64,000 nt of DNA. Source: an uncultured Planctomycetales bacterium (GTDB lineage: Bacteria > Omnitrophota > Gorgyraeia > Zapsychrales > CAYRXT01). This document shows positions 1-9,733 of the stretch, piece after piece. Location: contig CAYRXT010000007.1 in assembly GCA_964428315.1 (NCBI GenBank), forward strand, positions 5,407 to 69,406, given 5' to 3'. Numbering within the stretch: position 1 is the first letter of the stretch; each line of letters starts with the position of its first letter. The position numbers and the translations under genes were made by a program. Below the pieces are notes generated by a model. The model was not told the origin of the DNA, did not search any database, and saw only the letters and a list, made by a program, of their open reading frames with translations.

Positions 1-3000
1 TCGAGCCAGTTGACGCCGGCCGTCGTCAGTTCGGCCAGGTTGTCCCAGTTGATCGTCTCGTCCCAGTTGACGCCGGCGCCGCTCATGTAGGCGATGTCGT
101 ACCAGTTCACACCGGCCTCGCTCATGAACTCCAGGTCCTCCCAGTTAATGCCGCTGTCGCTCAGGACATCCAGGTCCGCCCAGTTGACGCCGGCGTCGGA
201 CATCACGTCGATGTCCAGCCAGTTGATCCCGGCATCGGAGAGGTCATTGATGCTGGTCCAGTTGATACCCTTGTCCGAGAGGATGTCGATATCCGCCCAG
301 TTGATGCCGGCGTCCGACATGTCGTTGACCGCGGTCCAGTTGATGCCCTTGTCGAACATGATGTCCAGGTCCGCCCAGTTCACGCCCGCGTCGCTCATGA
401 TGTCGATATCGAGCCAGTTGATGCCCGCCTCGGTGAGCTCGTAGATATCGTCCCAGTTGATCCCGGCCGCGGTCATGTCCGCGAGATCGCTCCAGGTGAC
501 GTTGGCCTTGCTCAGCACCTCGATATCGTCCCAGTTGACGGGATCCATCTTGTCGGTGGTGGTCTTGATGCTGTCGGTGGTCGACTGGATGACCCCGACC
601 TGGTCCCAGTTGATGGTGTCGGTCACCGCCTTGATGGCGTCCACATTGGTGTCTATGGTATCGATCTTGGAATCGATCGTCGATATATCGCTCCAGTCGA
701 TGGTGTCGGTCTTGGCCTTGATGTCCGCCAGCTGGGAGGCGGTGACCGCGTAGAGCAGGCACTTGTCGTAGGTGGACCCGCCGTAGGAGATCTCCACGCA
801 GACCGAATACTCGTCGTCCAGGTCCGAGGGTGTCCAGCCGGTATAACTCTCGTAATCGAAATCGTCGCCGTCCGTCTTGGTCATCTCAAGCGAATCGCAG
901 TCACCGGGACACCCCGTATCCACCGCCCCGCTCCCCTGGTAGATGGTCAGGGTCCCGCTGGCCGCCTCCAGGTCCGCGACATAGCCGCCGTCATCGGAGA
1001 GCATGGCGCGGACCTCCCAGTTGTCGGCCGACTCGTCGTAGATGACGACGACATCGGCCACAGTCCCGCCCCCTCCGCTGCTGCCGCCGGTATTCGCGAT
1101 ATCCCGGACATTGTAGACCGCGTTGGAGGTGTAAGAGACCGCGCCGTTGCCGTCGTCGTAGGAAATGGTCACCACACCGTAGTAGATGTCGCTGGAATCC
1201 AAAGGCATCCAGCTGCCGTAACTGAAGATGTCATTCGCGTCCGGGTTGCCGATATCCGCCACCGTTGCGAGTTCCTCGGTCCCGTCGGGCTCATAAATCG
1301 TCAGTGAACAGGTGTCGTCGTTGTCCACGTCCACCACGTCCTGGTGGCCCTGCAGCCAGCATTTGACATAATAGGTCGACGCGGAATCGTCGTAAACGAC
1401 CTCGGACTTGACCTCCGTCGAAGGCAGGATGTCGAAGGCGCTGGAGGTCGCTGATGAGAGCCCCCCCGATGTGGCCGAAAGGTCGTAGTCGTTGCCGGCC
1501 CGGGTGATCCGCAGGTCGTTGAACGTGGCCACGCCGCTGGAAACGGTCTGCGTCAACGTCCCCAATAAAACACCGCTGGACGGGTTGGTGTTGATGGCGA
1601 CCGTGACGTTCGTCGAGTTGTCCTGCGCGATCACGGCGTTGTTGGAATCCCTCACCTGCACCTGCGGAAAATCCTGCAGGACGTCGAACTGGTAGGAATC
1701 TCCGGGGGACGTGCTGAAGTTCAGATTGTTGGGCCCCAGGAGCGTGGTCGTGCCCGATATGGCCACGGAACCCGAGGTGCTGACTGTCCCGGAGCTGAGG
1801 GTCACATCCGAGGGGGGATCATTGATGGATATCTCCACGGTCTCGCTGTCCGAGGCGCTGGAGGTCACATCCAGGACCGCGTAAACGCACAGGGCCTGCG
1901 TGGAAGAAATCTCGACCGAATCCGAAAAGGCCGAGGTCCCGTTGGCCGCGCTGAACCCGTCGGTATCGGTCGATCCGTACTGGGACTCGCCGCCGCCGTA
2001 GCTTTCCGAGGCGCAGTCATACGGCGAGGAGGTGTCCAGGTCGTAGTACAGCTTGATATTGTCCAGCCCGGTGGAGGCGTCCACGGTACCGCCTTCGGTG
2101 ATGGTGATGCCGGTAACGTTGCGCGCGGCGCTGTTTTCGGTGATCGTGAAGGCGCCGCCGATGTACTCGTTGACGTCGGGGATCTGCAGGCTGGCGGTCT
2201 GGGAGCCCGAAGTGCTGACCTCGGTCACTGCGAAAAACTCATCCGCGCCGATATCCGGCTGGGAGCTATCACGGCTGTCACCGTCGATGTCATCGGTAAT
2301 GGCAAGGTTGGAGTCTTCATCGAGGTCAGCCCCGTAGCTCCCCCATAAGGAATTAGAGTCATTTTTTAGGTGAAAATCTTCTGACCCTGCGGTTACGCTC
2401 TGAAAATAATCCGAATACGATGTCTGTTCCGTTACTCCATTAGCAAGGCTTGCTGAACTTGCCGATGTATCTGACGATACATTATTGGTAGAACCGGAAC
2501 CCCACGCCTGACCATCAAAATCAGAATTTGAATTATTGAGACAGACGTTGTTTTTTGCATAAAGCGTCGTCGTAGTCCCTCCAATATCCAAACCGTCATA
2601 GCTATCATAAACCGTGTTGTTATATATATAGGCCGTAGCCGTCCCCGTCACCCAAATACCCGCCCCCGAAGTAATTCCACGCAAGTAAACGATATTATTC
2701 CATATCTTCGCGACAACATCAGAATCTCCAAAAGAAATTCCCGTTGCAGAATTCGAAAAACTATTCGCATAAAGGATATTGTTAGAAACACGCAAATCAT
2801 TATTTGCAGAAATAGACTGATCACAAATTAAATAAGGATTGGAATATGTATCGTTGGACACTTTGATCTGTAACCCGTCAACACGCACATAATCATCGCG
2901 TATCCTAAAAATACGTTCATCATCTCCCGCTAAAGTCCTCTCTATACGATAGGCATCAGTATCATCCCACACACCCGCATGACGCTGACTGGTTCCCACC

Positions 3001-5633
3001 TCAGAAGTCTCTGTAGGCGTGTAAACATGAATATAATTAGCGGGACCTGTTGTATACCCATCGATATTGACCGTATTCGTATCCGCCCCGTCCCCATAAC
3101 AGGGCCAGTGCAGGACATATCCTTCCGTCAAGTCAGACGTATTCAAATAACTCGCGTCATCAGAATCATCCTCGGCACCGTCACCACCGCCGAGCGAATT
3201 AAACGCGCGTGAGATGGAATTGACGGTTACATCGGTCACGTCCGACGGCGTGTGTCCGGTAGCCGTGATGACGCTGTAGACGGTAGCGCTGGTGCGGCCC
3301 GAAATATAGGCGATCTTGTTGTCCGTATCATAGTCGATCTCATCGCCGACGCCCACATTATCGGCCTGGTCTTCGTCAAAGGTCGCCGTGCCGTCGGAAA
3401 TCGTCACCGTTAAGGTATCGGCGGTGGTCTTGAGATCTGAGGTGGACGTCCCCACCGAATAATACACGTTGACCACGTTCTCGTAAGACGAGCTGTATTC
3501 GTCGGCGCCGATGTCCGGGGCCGAGCTGTCGCGGGACTCGCCGTCGATGTCATCGGTCACGGCCAGGTTCGCATCCTCATCCAAGTCGGTCCCGTTGCCG
3601 CCCCACAGATTACTCGCCGTATCCCTCAGGTGCAGGTCCTCAAGCCCGTCGACGGTGATCCAGAAATAGTCCGTGTAACTCGACTGGCTGTCCACACTGC
3701 CGGTGCCGTCGGCGGTGGTGTCAGAGGCAACGTTGTAGGACTGGGTCATGGTGCCATCATAGCAATACTCATAGCTATTAGTCGAATCAACGTCGCCGAC
3801 ATAATTATTTGTGGCGGTTAACGTCCCCGCAGTAGCCCGCTGAATACCTCGTGCATTACCGCCTGTCGCTCCGCTTTGTTTAATATCGAACACCGTATTG
3901 TTGTAAAAATACGCGTTCAGAGTATTTCCAGCTTCATACACCATGAGCGCCGAAACATATGAATCACTATGTGCCGACACATTGGTCAGACTATAAATAA
4001 GCGTATTGCTCACTTTGAATGTTCCGCTTGTCCCGTATACCCCGCGGACACGGCTCTGATCCGTGTCATCAACCGTCGAATTGGTCAGGTCATGCACAAT
4101 ACAATGGGTCACCCGGACATCACTGGAAGCACTGGTACTGCCAACATAAATACCATTGAGCCCCTCGGCATTCGTAATACTGCTTCCGTCAATCTCTATC
4201 CCTTCAAACCGAACATAGTCCTCGTGATTCAGAATTATGTGATGGAAAGCACGGTCCGGACTGCTGGTTTCCTGCTGTATCCGAAATCCGGTACCGGCAA
4301 TACCGGTATGCCTCTGGCTCGCACCTACCTCAGAGGTGCCGTCAGGCGCGTATAATCGGATATATGTTTTGGGACCTGTCGTATACCCGTCGATGGTAAC
4401 CTGGTCATCAAGAGCCCCGTCGTTGTAACAGGGCCAGTGCAGGCGGTAATCGTTGGCCTGCAGGTCGGTGAGATTGAGATAACTCGCGTCGTCAGAGTCA
4501 TCTTCGGCGTCGGTCAGCGTGGTGAAAGTGCGGGTTATGGAGTTGACTGTGGCATCGGTCACATCCGAAGGCACGGCACCCGTGGCAGTAGTCACGGTAT
4601 AGACGGTGGAGCTGGTGCGGCCCGAGATATAGGCGTAGTTCGAGGTGTTGTAGGTGATCTTGTCACCCACCCCGACGTTATCGGCCTGGGCCTCGTCAAA
4701 GGTGGCCGTGCCGTCGGAGATCGTCACCGTTAAAGTGTCGGCGGTGGTCTTGAGATCCGATTCGTCCGTCCCCACCGAATAGTACACGTCCTTGACGACC
4801 AGGCCGTTGTCGTAGATATCCTTGATCTCATCGGCGCTGAGCGCCCGGTCAAAAATACCGACTTCGTCGATCAGCCCGTCGAAATACATCAGTTCATTCC
4901 AGCCGCCTTTACCGATCAAAAAACTGCGGCTGGAATTGTTGATGCCGCCGGAATAGGTCTGTGGATTATCCGATCCGTTGGAGTCAAGTTCCCCATCGAC
5001 ATAGATGCGGATGTCGGTCCCGTTATAGACCCCGGCAACATGATACCATGTCCCGGTCGAAAGGGTTGTCCCTCCGCTGGCGGTCGTGGTCGCGCTGCCG
5101 TCAGATGATAACGTCATACGCACATCCAAACCGCTTTCCACAAAAAACATGTAGGCCTTTTCATTGCCGGATGTCAAATATTTGTTAACAATAAACTGGT
5201 CGCTTCCGGTGTCGCTCTCCAACCGTATCCAGGCGCATATAGTCATACTGCCGGTAATGTCCAGTCCGGTCTGGCTCCCGTCTGTTATCTCCAGGTATTC
5301 GGTGTCTCCGGCCTCAAAATCAGCGCTGTAATTTCCCTGCTGGTAGGTGGAGGAGCGATCGATGGTGCCGGAGGTCTCTGAGAGGTCATTATCATTAGAG
5401 GTCTCATCATAGCGGGTGCCGGTCTCCTCGAAGAGCCAGATGCCCTGGGCGTTGTCGTCGTCGGCGTAGTTGGTGGCGAAGGCGTGTCCCGAGAGGCCGA
5501 GCACGGCCGCGGCGGCCAGCGCGGACACAAGAAGGCCCCGTGTCCATGCGTTGCCACGGCACGAAATCCTTTCGGACCTTGTCTTTCCTGATTGAAGACA
5601 AATAGTTTTTATTAATTTAAATAAAGAATCCAA
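1..5633 (-). CDS. Giant secreted multi-domain surface protein, 3' partial (>1877 aa): signal peptide, LamG-like domain, two beta-helix-like modules ending in DIGADE, Ig-like domains, 13-aa GINW tandem repeats
   Basis: Manual translation gives an open frame from TTG at 5633 (GAGGGG RBS ~10 nt upstream, in-frame TAA at 5637-5639) to the window edge. Signal ...GLLVSALAAAAVLGLSGHAFA; LamG motifs WYHVAGVY and FDGLIDEVGIFDRALSADEI. Absent from the ORF track because no stop lies inside the window. Confidence 0.9.
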   Translation of the reverse strand, partial: MDSLFKLIKTICLQSGKTRSERISCRGNAWTRGLLVSALAAAAVLGLSGHAFATNYADDDNAQGIWLFEETGTRYDETSNDNDLSETSGTIDRSSTYQQGNYSADFEAGDTEYLEITDGSQTGLDITGSMTICAWIRLESDTGSDQFIVNKYLTSGNEKAYMFFVESGLDVRMTLSSDGSATTTASGGTTLSTGTWYHVAGVYNGTDIRIYVDGELDSNGSDNPQTYSGGINNSSRSFLIGKGGWNELMYFDGLIDEVGIFDRALSADEIKDIYDNGLVVKDVYYSVGTDESDLKTTADTLTVTISDGTATFDEAQADNVGVGDKITYNTSNYAYISGRTSSTVYTVTTATGAVPSDVTDATVNSITRTFTTLTDAEDDSDDASYLNLTDLQANDYRLHWPCYNDGALDDQVTIDGYTTGPKTYIRLYAPDGTSEVGASQRHTGIAGTGFRIQQETSSPDRAFHHIILNHEDYVRFEGIEIDGSSITNAEGLNGIYVGSTSASSDVRVTHCIVHDLTNSTVDDTDQSRVRGVYGTSGTFKVSNTLIYSLTNVSAHSDSYVSALMVYEAGNTLNAYFYNNTVFDIKQSGATGGNARGIQRATAGTLTATNNYVGDVDSTNSYEYCYDGTMTQSYNVASDTTADGTGSVDSQSSYTDYFWITVDGLEDLHLRDTASNLWGGNGTDLDEDANLAVTDDIDGESRDSSAPDIGADEYSSSYENVVNVYYSVGTSTSDLKTTADTLTVTISDGTATFDEDQADNVGVGDEIDYDTDNKIAYISGRTSATVYSVITATGHTPSDVTDVTVNSISRAFNSLGGGDGAEDDSDDASYLNTSDLTEGYVLHWPCYGDGADTNTVNIDGYTTGPANYIHVYTPTETSEVGTSQRHAGVWDDTDAYRIERTLAGDDERIFRIRDDYVRVDGLQIKVSNDTYSNPYLICDQSISANNDLRVSNNILYANSFSNSATGISFGDSDVVAKIWNNIVYLRGITSGAGIWVTGTATAYIYNNTVYDSYDGLDIGGTTTTLYAKNNVCLNNSNSDFDGQAWGSGSTNNVSSDTSASSASLANGVTEQTSYSDYFQSVTAGSEDFHLKNDSNSLWGSYGADLDEDSNLAITDDIDGDSRDSSQPDIGADEFFAVTEVSTSGSQTASLQIPDVNEYIGGAFTITENSAARNVTGITITEGGTVDASTGLDNIKLYYDLDTSSPYDCASESYGGGESQYGSTDTDGFSAANGTSAFSDSVEISSTQALCVYAVLDVTSSASDSETVEISINDPPSDVTLSSGTVSTSGSVAISGTTTLLGPNNLNFSTSPGDSYQFDVLQDFPQVQVRDSNNAVIAQDNSTNVTVAINTNPSSGVLLGTLTQTVSSGVATFNDLRITRAGNDYDLSATSGGLSSATSSAFDILPSTEVKSEVVYDDSASTYYVKCWLQGHQDVVDVDNDDTCSLTIYEPDGTEELATVADIGNPDANDIFSYGSWMPLDSSDIYYGVVTISYDDGNGAVSYTSNAVYNVRDIANTGGSSGGGGTVADVVVIYDESADNWEVRAMLSDDGGYVADLEAASGTLTIYQGSGAVDTGCPGDCDSLEMTKTDGDDFDYESYTGWTPSDLDDEYSVCVEISYGGSTYDKCLLYAVTASQLADIKAKTDTIDWSDISTIDSKIDTIDTNVDAIKAVTDTINWDQVGVIQSTTDSIKTTTDKMDPVNWDDIEVLSKANVTWSDLADMTAAGINWDDIYELTEAGINWLDIDIMSDAGVNWADLDIMFDKGINWTAVNDMSDAGINWADIDILSDKGINWTSINDLSDAGINWLDIDVMSDAGVNWADLDVLSDSGINWEDLEFMSEAGVNWYDIAYMSGAGVNWDETINWDNLAELTTAGVNWL
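6..533 (-). repeat. Coding tandem repeat, 39-nt (13-aa) period, consensus AG(I/V)NWxD(I/L)xx(L/M)S(D/E)
   Basis: Trp codons (CCA on + strand) at 63, 102, 141, 180, 219, 258, 297, 336, 375, 414, 453, 492 and 531, then again at 45 and 6 after a phase shift. Confidence 0.95.
2235..4784 (-). repeat. Two tandem ~410-430 aa modules inside the giant gene
   Basis: YYSVGTxxSDLKTTADTLTVTISDGTATFDE occurs at ~4784 and ~3464 (offset 1320 nt). TDDIDGxSRDSSxPDIGADE ends at ~3495 and ~2235. Confidence 0.9.
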
Positions 5634-5989
5634 CGGTTACAGAACCCCTCGGTTCAGGCGGCCGGGCAGAAACCGCCGGCGGCCGGTCCGTTAACGTGTG
5701 TTTTATCCTGAAGGCGGGTTTGAGGTGAGCTGCAAAACTCGAAAGACAATATTAAGAAATAAGGAAAAAAATAATGCCGGTTTGCGTCCAAAGAAAGAAC
5801 AACCGCGCAGGCTCGGGTTTTGTCTCTCACTCTTCGCCCAATCCGTTAACATCAAGGTGTTGTCAACGTAAAAAATATAGCATCGATTGTTGAATGGGCA
5901 ATGCCCGGAACACAGAAATTCCCATTGAAAAGAAAGCGTTTTTATCTTTTTTACGGCTCCAAACCAATTGAAAACAAAGCCTTATACGA

Positions 5990-6024
5990 AAAACCGGTTC
6001 CACCTACGAGGTGGAACCGGTTTT
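5990..6024. repeat. Perfect 16-bp inverted repeat (REP-like hairpin) at the 3' end of the RAYT gene
   Basis: AAAACCGGTTCCACCT-ACG-AGGTGGAACCGGTTTT; could also act as an intrinsic terminator. Confidence 0.9.
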
Positions 6025-6700
6025 ACTCCAAAATCGCCTTTTTGATCCTTGACAGCTCCCGCTGGTAACCGACCTGGTCTTCGACGAACGTCTTGTACGC
6101 ACCCGGATTTATATCAACGATATGGTCAAACTGACATAAAGAATCCGGGCGGTCCCGTTCAATATACTCCCGGTACGAGGAATAACGCCATTCCTCCGGA
6201 TAGTCGACCAGATGCGCGGTCACGGGATTCAGGTGGATATAGCGCGTCACATGCAAAAGGACCTCGTCTGTATCCACCAGGACTTTGCGCGTGCGCCCCT
6301 GCCACAGCGGCCCCTGCCGTTTATGCCGGAGGTTGAAATACCGGGAATAACTGTTGAGCACATCGCTCGTGTACCGTGGCAGGCTCTCCTCTTTGGTTTC
6401 CTCGACCAGAAGATGGAAATGCGTCGGCATAAGGCAATAGGCGATAAGACGGATACGCCTGCTCCGGTGGTTCCGCGGCGGGGAGGCCCCGCCCTTTGCG
6501 GGTCCGGTCCTGCGCCCCGGTGAGACGGGATGCATCCGGCGATAAAGAGAAAATTTCTGAGGCGGCTTTTTCAGCTGATAATAGTCCAGGGCATCGGTCA
6601 TGCGCATGTATTCGGCGTTGTTATTGAAGATCTTGTACCGGGCGATGCTCCGGTTAAAGACATGATAGACGGCGTTCATGGGAAGTTTTTTACGTTCCAC
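6023..6700 (-). mobile_element. REP-associated tyrosine transposase (RAYT, IS200/IS605 Y1 HUH family)
   Basis: YHVFNR, HUH motif in YCLMPTHFHLL, LWQGR, YIHLNPV and WRYSS motifs; palindromes at both ends. Confidence 0.88.
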
Positions 6701-6714
6701 CTACAAGGTGGAAC
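6694..6714. repeat. Second copy of the REP-like hairpin, overlapping the RAYT start
   Basis: GTTCCACCT-ACA-AGGTGGAAC; 6694-6717 matches 5997-6020 at 23 of 24 nt. Confidence 0.9.
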
Positions 6715-6750
6715 CGGCATCAGGACGGAAAGGCATAACACAGCCGCGGC

Positions 6751-7965
6751 TCATTCCGTCAAAAACGGCGCGTTAATGATCACCGCCTTTTCCTCATCCA
6801 GCTCTTTCTCGGTCGGCGAATCGATCATGGACCGCATCTCCAGTTTCGCCTCCAGGATCTTCTCCTTGACCAGGTCGACATCGCCGGCGTTGGGCCTGAG
6901 ATAGAGATATTCCTGGTAATGCTTCAACGCCGTTTCCGTGTCCCCCAAAAATTCCCCGCTGACGAACGCCAGATTGTAATGCGCGGCCGCGTCATTGGGC
7001 ATGATCTCCAGGACCTTTTTATACTCGACCACGGACCGGCCGTAATCGCCGCGTTCATAGAAGAGATTCGCCAGGTTATAATGCAGGCGCGCCGAGTCCG
7101 CCCGCAGTTCCTGGTTTTCCGCGTTAAGCTGGCGGATCTTCTCCGCCGCGGTCTTGACGTCATCGCTCATGTCCTCAAAGGTGGTCTGGACTTCCTCCTC
7201 GAGCTTGTCCAGCAGTTCCAGCGACTCCCGGCGGAGTTCCTGGTTTTCCTCTTTAAGCGCCGCGATTCTCCGGTCGGTTTCGCGCTGGACGGTCTCCTGT
7301 TTTTCGATGGCGGCGGCACGCAGACGCTCGTTTTCTTCACTCAAAAAACTGATCCTCTCGGCGGCCATCTTCAGCCTGTCATCGGTTGCCTCCATGTCTC
7401 CGGGGTCCCAGAAGAGTCCCATCTGTTTAATCTTCTCTTTTTCCTTCTGCAGGGCACTCAGCTCGGCGATCTTATCATCCAGTTCCTTTTCCAGGCCCGC
7501 CATCCGGGCGTTGAGAGCCTCCAGCTCTTTGCCTGTCGACTCCCGGCTGTCGTCGAGCGCGTCGATCTCGGCCTGGAGGTCATCCCTCTGCCGGATGAGG
7601 TTGTTGATACGGTTTCGCCGGATGGTGCTCTGGCCGCGCAGTTCCTTCAGCTCGCTCTCAAGGGTCTTGCGCTCGTCGATCAGCTGTTTGTTCTCCTCCA
7701 GGGCGTTCCTGAGGCTCTGGTTGATGATCACCATCTGCTTTTCGTTGAGATCGAGTGCGGGGACATCCTCTCCAGCCGCCGGAAGCGCGTCATCATCCCC
7801 CACCGCCGTCTCGTCATCGACAGAAGGGGCGATCTGCTCGATCTGGATCTCCGTCTCAACCACCGCCCTCTCCTGGGCCAGCACGCACGGAACAATCAGC
7901 AGGCCAAGCGAAATACCAACACCCGTGCGGACCGCGGACCGCAAACCTTCACGCATTAAATCCAT
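6751..7965 (-). CDS. Exported coiled-coil protein with C-terminal TPR repeats
   Basis: Hydrophobic N-terminal signal, long E/K/L-rich coiled coil, TPR motifs HYNLANLFYERGDY and AHYNLAF. Start moved to ATG 7965 (purine-rich RBS upstream). Confidence 0.85.
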   Translation of the reverse strand: MDLMREGLRSAVRTGVGISLGLLIVPCVLAQERAVVETEIQIEQIAPSVDDETAVGDDDALPAAGEDVPALDLNEKQMVIINQSLRNALEENKQLIDERKTLESELKELRGQSTIRRNRINNLIRQRDDLQAEIDALDDSRESTGKELEALNARMAGLEKELDDKIAELSALQKEKEKIKQMGLFWDPGDMEATDDRLKMAAERISFLSEENERLRAAAIEKQETVQRETDRRIAALKEENQELRRESLELLDKLEEEVQTTFEDMSDDVKTAAEKIRQLNAENQELRADSARLHYNLANLFYERGDYGRSVVEYKKVLEIMPNDAAAHYNLAFVSGEFLGDTETALKHYQEYLYLRPNAGDVDLVKEKILEAKLEMRSMIDSPTEKELDEEKAVIINAPFLTE

Positions 7966-8052
7966 TAGCCCTTCCTCTTGTTTGTCCTTTTTGCTTTCTC
8001 GTCCCGCTGACGGGGAGCGTTTCACCCGGCAGGGAGAAGTGGTTTTCGAGCC

Positions 8053-9705
8053 TCACATCTCCTTGAGTTCCTGCGGCTCCTCATAATCTTTGAACGGCTT
8101 GATCGTCCCCCGCCATTGTTTATACCGGTCGTCCGCCCTTACGACATGTGGCGTGATAAAGATAACGATCTCCGTCTTCGTTATGGTGTCGCTCTGGTTG
8201 CGGAACAAGGCGCCCAGCAACGGGATATCCATCAAAAGGGGGACGCCTTTTTCCACATGGCTCTTGTCGTCCTTTTTTAACCCGGCAAGGATGATGGTAT
8301 TCCCGTCCTTGACCATGACGGTCGTCTCCACCTCGGTCTTGTTGACCTGGGGGATCCCGCCGCCCTGTGATTCGATCTTGGCCGTGACCGTGGAGATCTC
8401 CGGCTTCAGGCTCATGGTGACAAATCCGTCGTCGTTGATGGTCGGCGTCACCAGCAGTTTCAACCCCACATCGACAAAACGCACGTCTTCGCTGGTGATC
8501 GCGTTGTCGCCCGTGCCCGATGTAGTGGAAATGATGTAGGGCACGGAGTCCCCTATATGGATCTTGGCCTCTTCATTGTTGGTCACCAGGAGCTTGGGAT
8601 TGGAGAGGATCTTCGTGTCGCTGACCTGCTGGAGCGCGCGCAGATTGATCTCAAACTGATCCGGCGTGATATCGCCGTAGCCGATCTTGCCGAATTCTGA
8701 ATAAAGGGCGTCGCTGCTGCTGAGGTTGTTTTCATCAAGAAAGATACTTCGGAAGCTGAGGTCTCTCAGACCGGAGTGTTCGCTGCGCTTGAAATCCGTC
8801 TCCCAGTCAATGCCGAAATCAAACTGGGGCTTAAATGTAATCTGGATGACCCTGGCTTCGATGAGGACTTCCTTCGTCTGGGCATCCAGCTCTTGAATCA
8901 GCTCCTCGACCTCCTTGCGCCGTCCGGGAAGCGCCCGGACGATCAGCTTGTTGGACCGCTCGTCTGGCGTGATGCTGCCGACCGCATTGGCGTCGATTCG
9001 CGCACGCAGCTTCTCGGCGACCACATCGGCCTTGGCGTACTGCAGGCTGAAGACCATCGACTCGACGGGCATGTCGATCCGGCGGATGGCCGCCATCATC
9101 TTCTCCAGGGTCTGCGGCGTGTCGATCATCGCCACGGTCCCGGTGTCTTCGTCAATGATAATCTTGCCCAAATTGCTCTTGATGGAATCCAGCGCGGCAA
9201 GGATATAGCTCGGCTTGGCGTAATGCAGGCGGACGATTTTTACCTCCTGCTTGTCGGAAAAGCGCCGGCCGTAAAGGGCGGAATATTCCGATTCCGTCAT
9301 GACATGGACGATGCCGTTCTTGACCTCGTAAGCCAGGTTGTTGGAAATCAGGATGATGTCCAGGGCGTCCCTGATGGAAACGCTCTTGAGGTACAGCGTC
9401 ACCCGGCCGGTCACGGTTGGATTGGTGACGACGTTAAACTCTCCCTTCAGCGCCAGAAACTTTATGACGTCCACCATGTTCATGTCGCGCACGTCGAGGG
9501 TGATCTTGCGGCCCAGCCCCTCAACGTCGTCCGGGCCGGTCTCCTCACTGAATTCCGAGCCTGCGTCGGTCCCGCTGACACCCGGTACCGGCATGGCATG
9601 CGCCTGCGGCGTGACGCCGGCAGGCTGAGCCTTCAGAGTCCCGGCAAAAACCGCGATGCCGAAAACCGTCGCCGCGATGATGACGCATCCTTTAACACTG
9701 CGCAT
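8053..9705 (-). CDS. Secretin (GspD/PilQ family outer-membrane channel)
   Basis: N0 domain ITLDVRDM, two N domains, core motifs EVLIEARV, ILSNPKLLVTNNEEAKIHIG, GVPLLMDIPLLGALFR and EIVIFITPHVV. Confidence 0.93.
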   Translation of the reverse strand: MRSVKGCVIIAATVFGIAVFAGTLKAQPAGVTPQAHAMPVPGVSGTDAGSEFSEETGPDDVEGLGRKITLDVRDMNMVDVIKFLALKGEFNVVTNPTVTGRVTLYLKSVSIRDALDIILISNNLAYEVKNGIVHVMTESEYSALYGRRFSDKQEVKIVRLHYAKPSYILAALDSIKSNLGKIIIDEDTGTVAMIDTPQTLEKMMAAIRRIDMPVESMVFSLQYAKADVVAEKLRARIDANAVGSITPDERSNKLIVRALPGRRKEVEELIQELDAQTKEVLIEARVIQITFKPQFDFGIDWETDFKRSEHSGLRDLSFRSIFLDENNLSSSDALYSEFGKIGYGDITPDQFEINLRALQQVSDTKILSNPKLLVTNNEEAKIHIGDSVPYIISTTSGTGDNAITSEDVRFVDVGLKLLVTPTINDDGFVTMSLKPEISTVTAKIESQGGGIPQVNKTEVETTVMVKDGNTIILAGLKKDDKSHVEKGVPLLMDIPLLGALFRNQSDTITKTEIVIFITPHVVRADDRYKQWRGTIKPFKDYEEPQELKEM

Positions 9706-9733
9706 AAATTTCCATCCCCTAACTTCCCGGCTT

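Noticed and set aside
6-533. 39-nt periodicity as a CRISPR array
   Set aside because: Units are degenerate at synonymous positions, lie in frame within a protein, have no repeat-spacer alternation, and no cas genes are present.
2235-4784. Diversity-generating retroelement TR/VR pair
   Set aside because: Both copies are coding, differences are not adenine-specific, and there is no reverse transcriptase in the window.
94-5601. Short ORF-track calls across the first 5.6 kb
   Set aside because: They are antisense or off-frame shadows of the single giant minus-strand ORF.
5770-5830. c-di-GMP-I riboswitch upstream of the giant gene (GGACGCAAA on the minus strand)
   Set aside because: No GNRA-capped first stem or matching second stem could be built.
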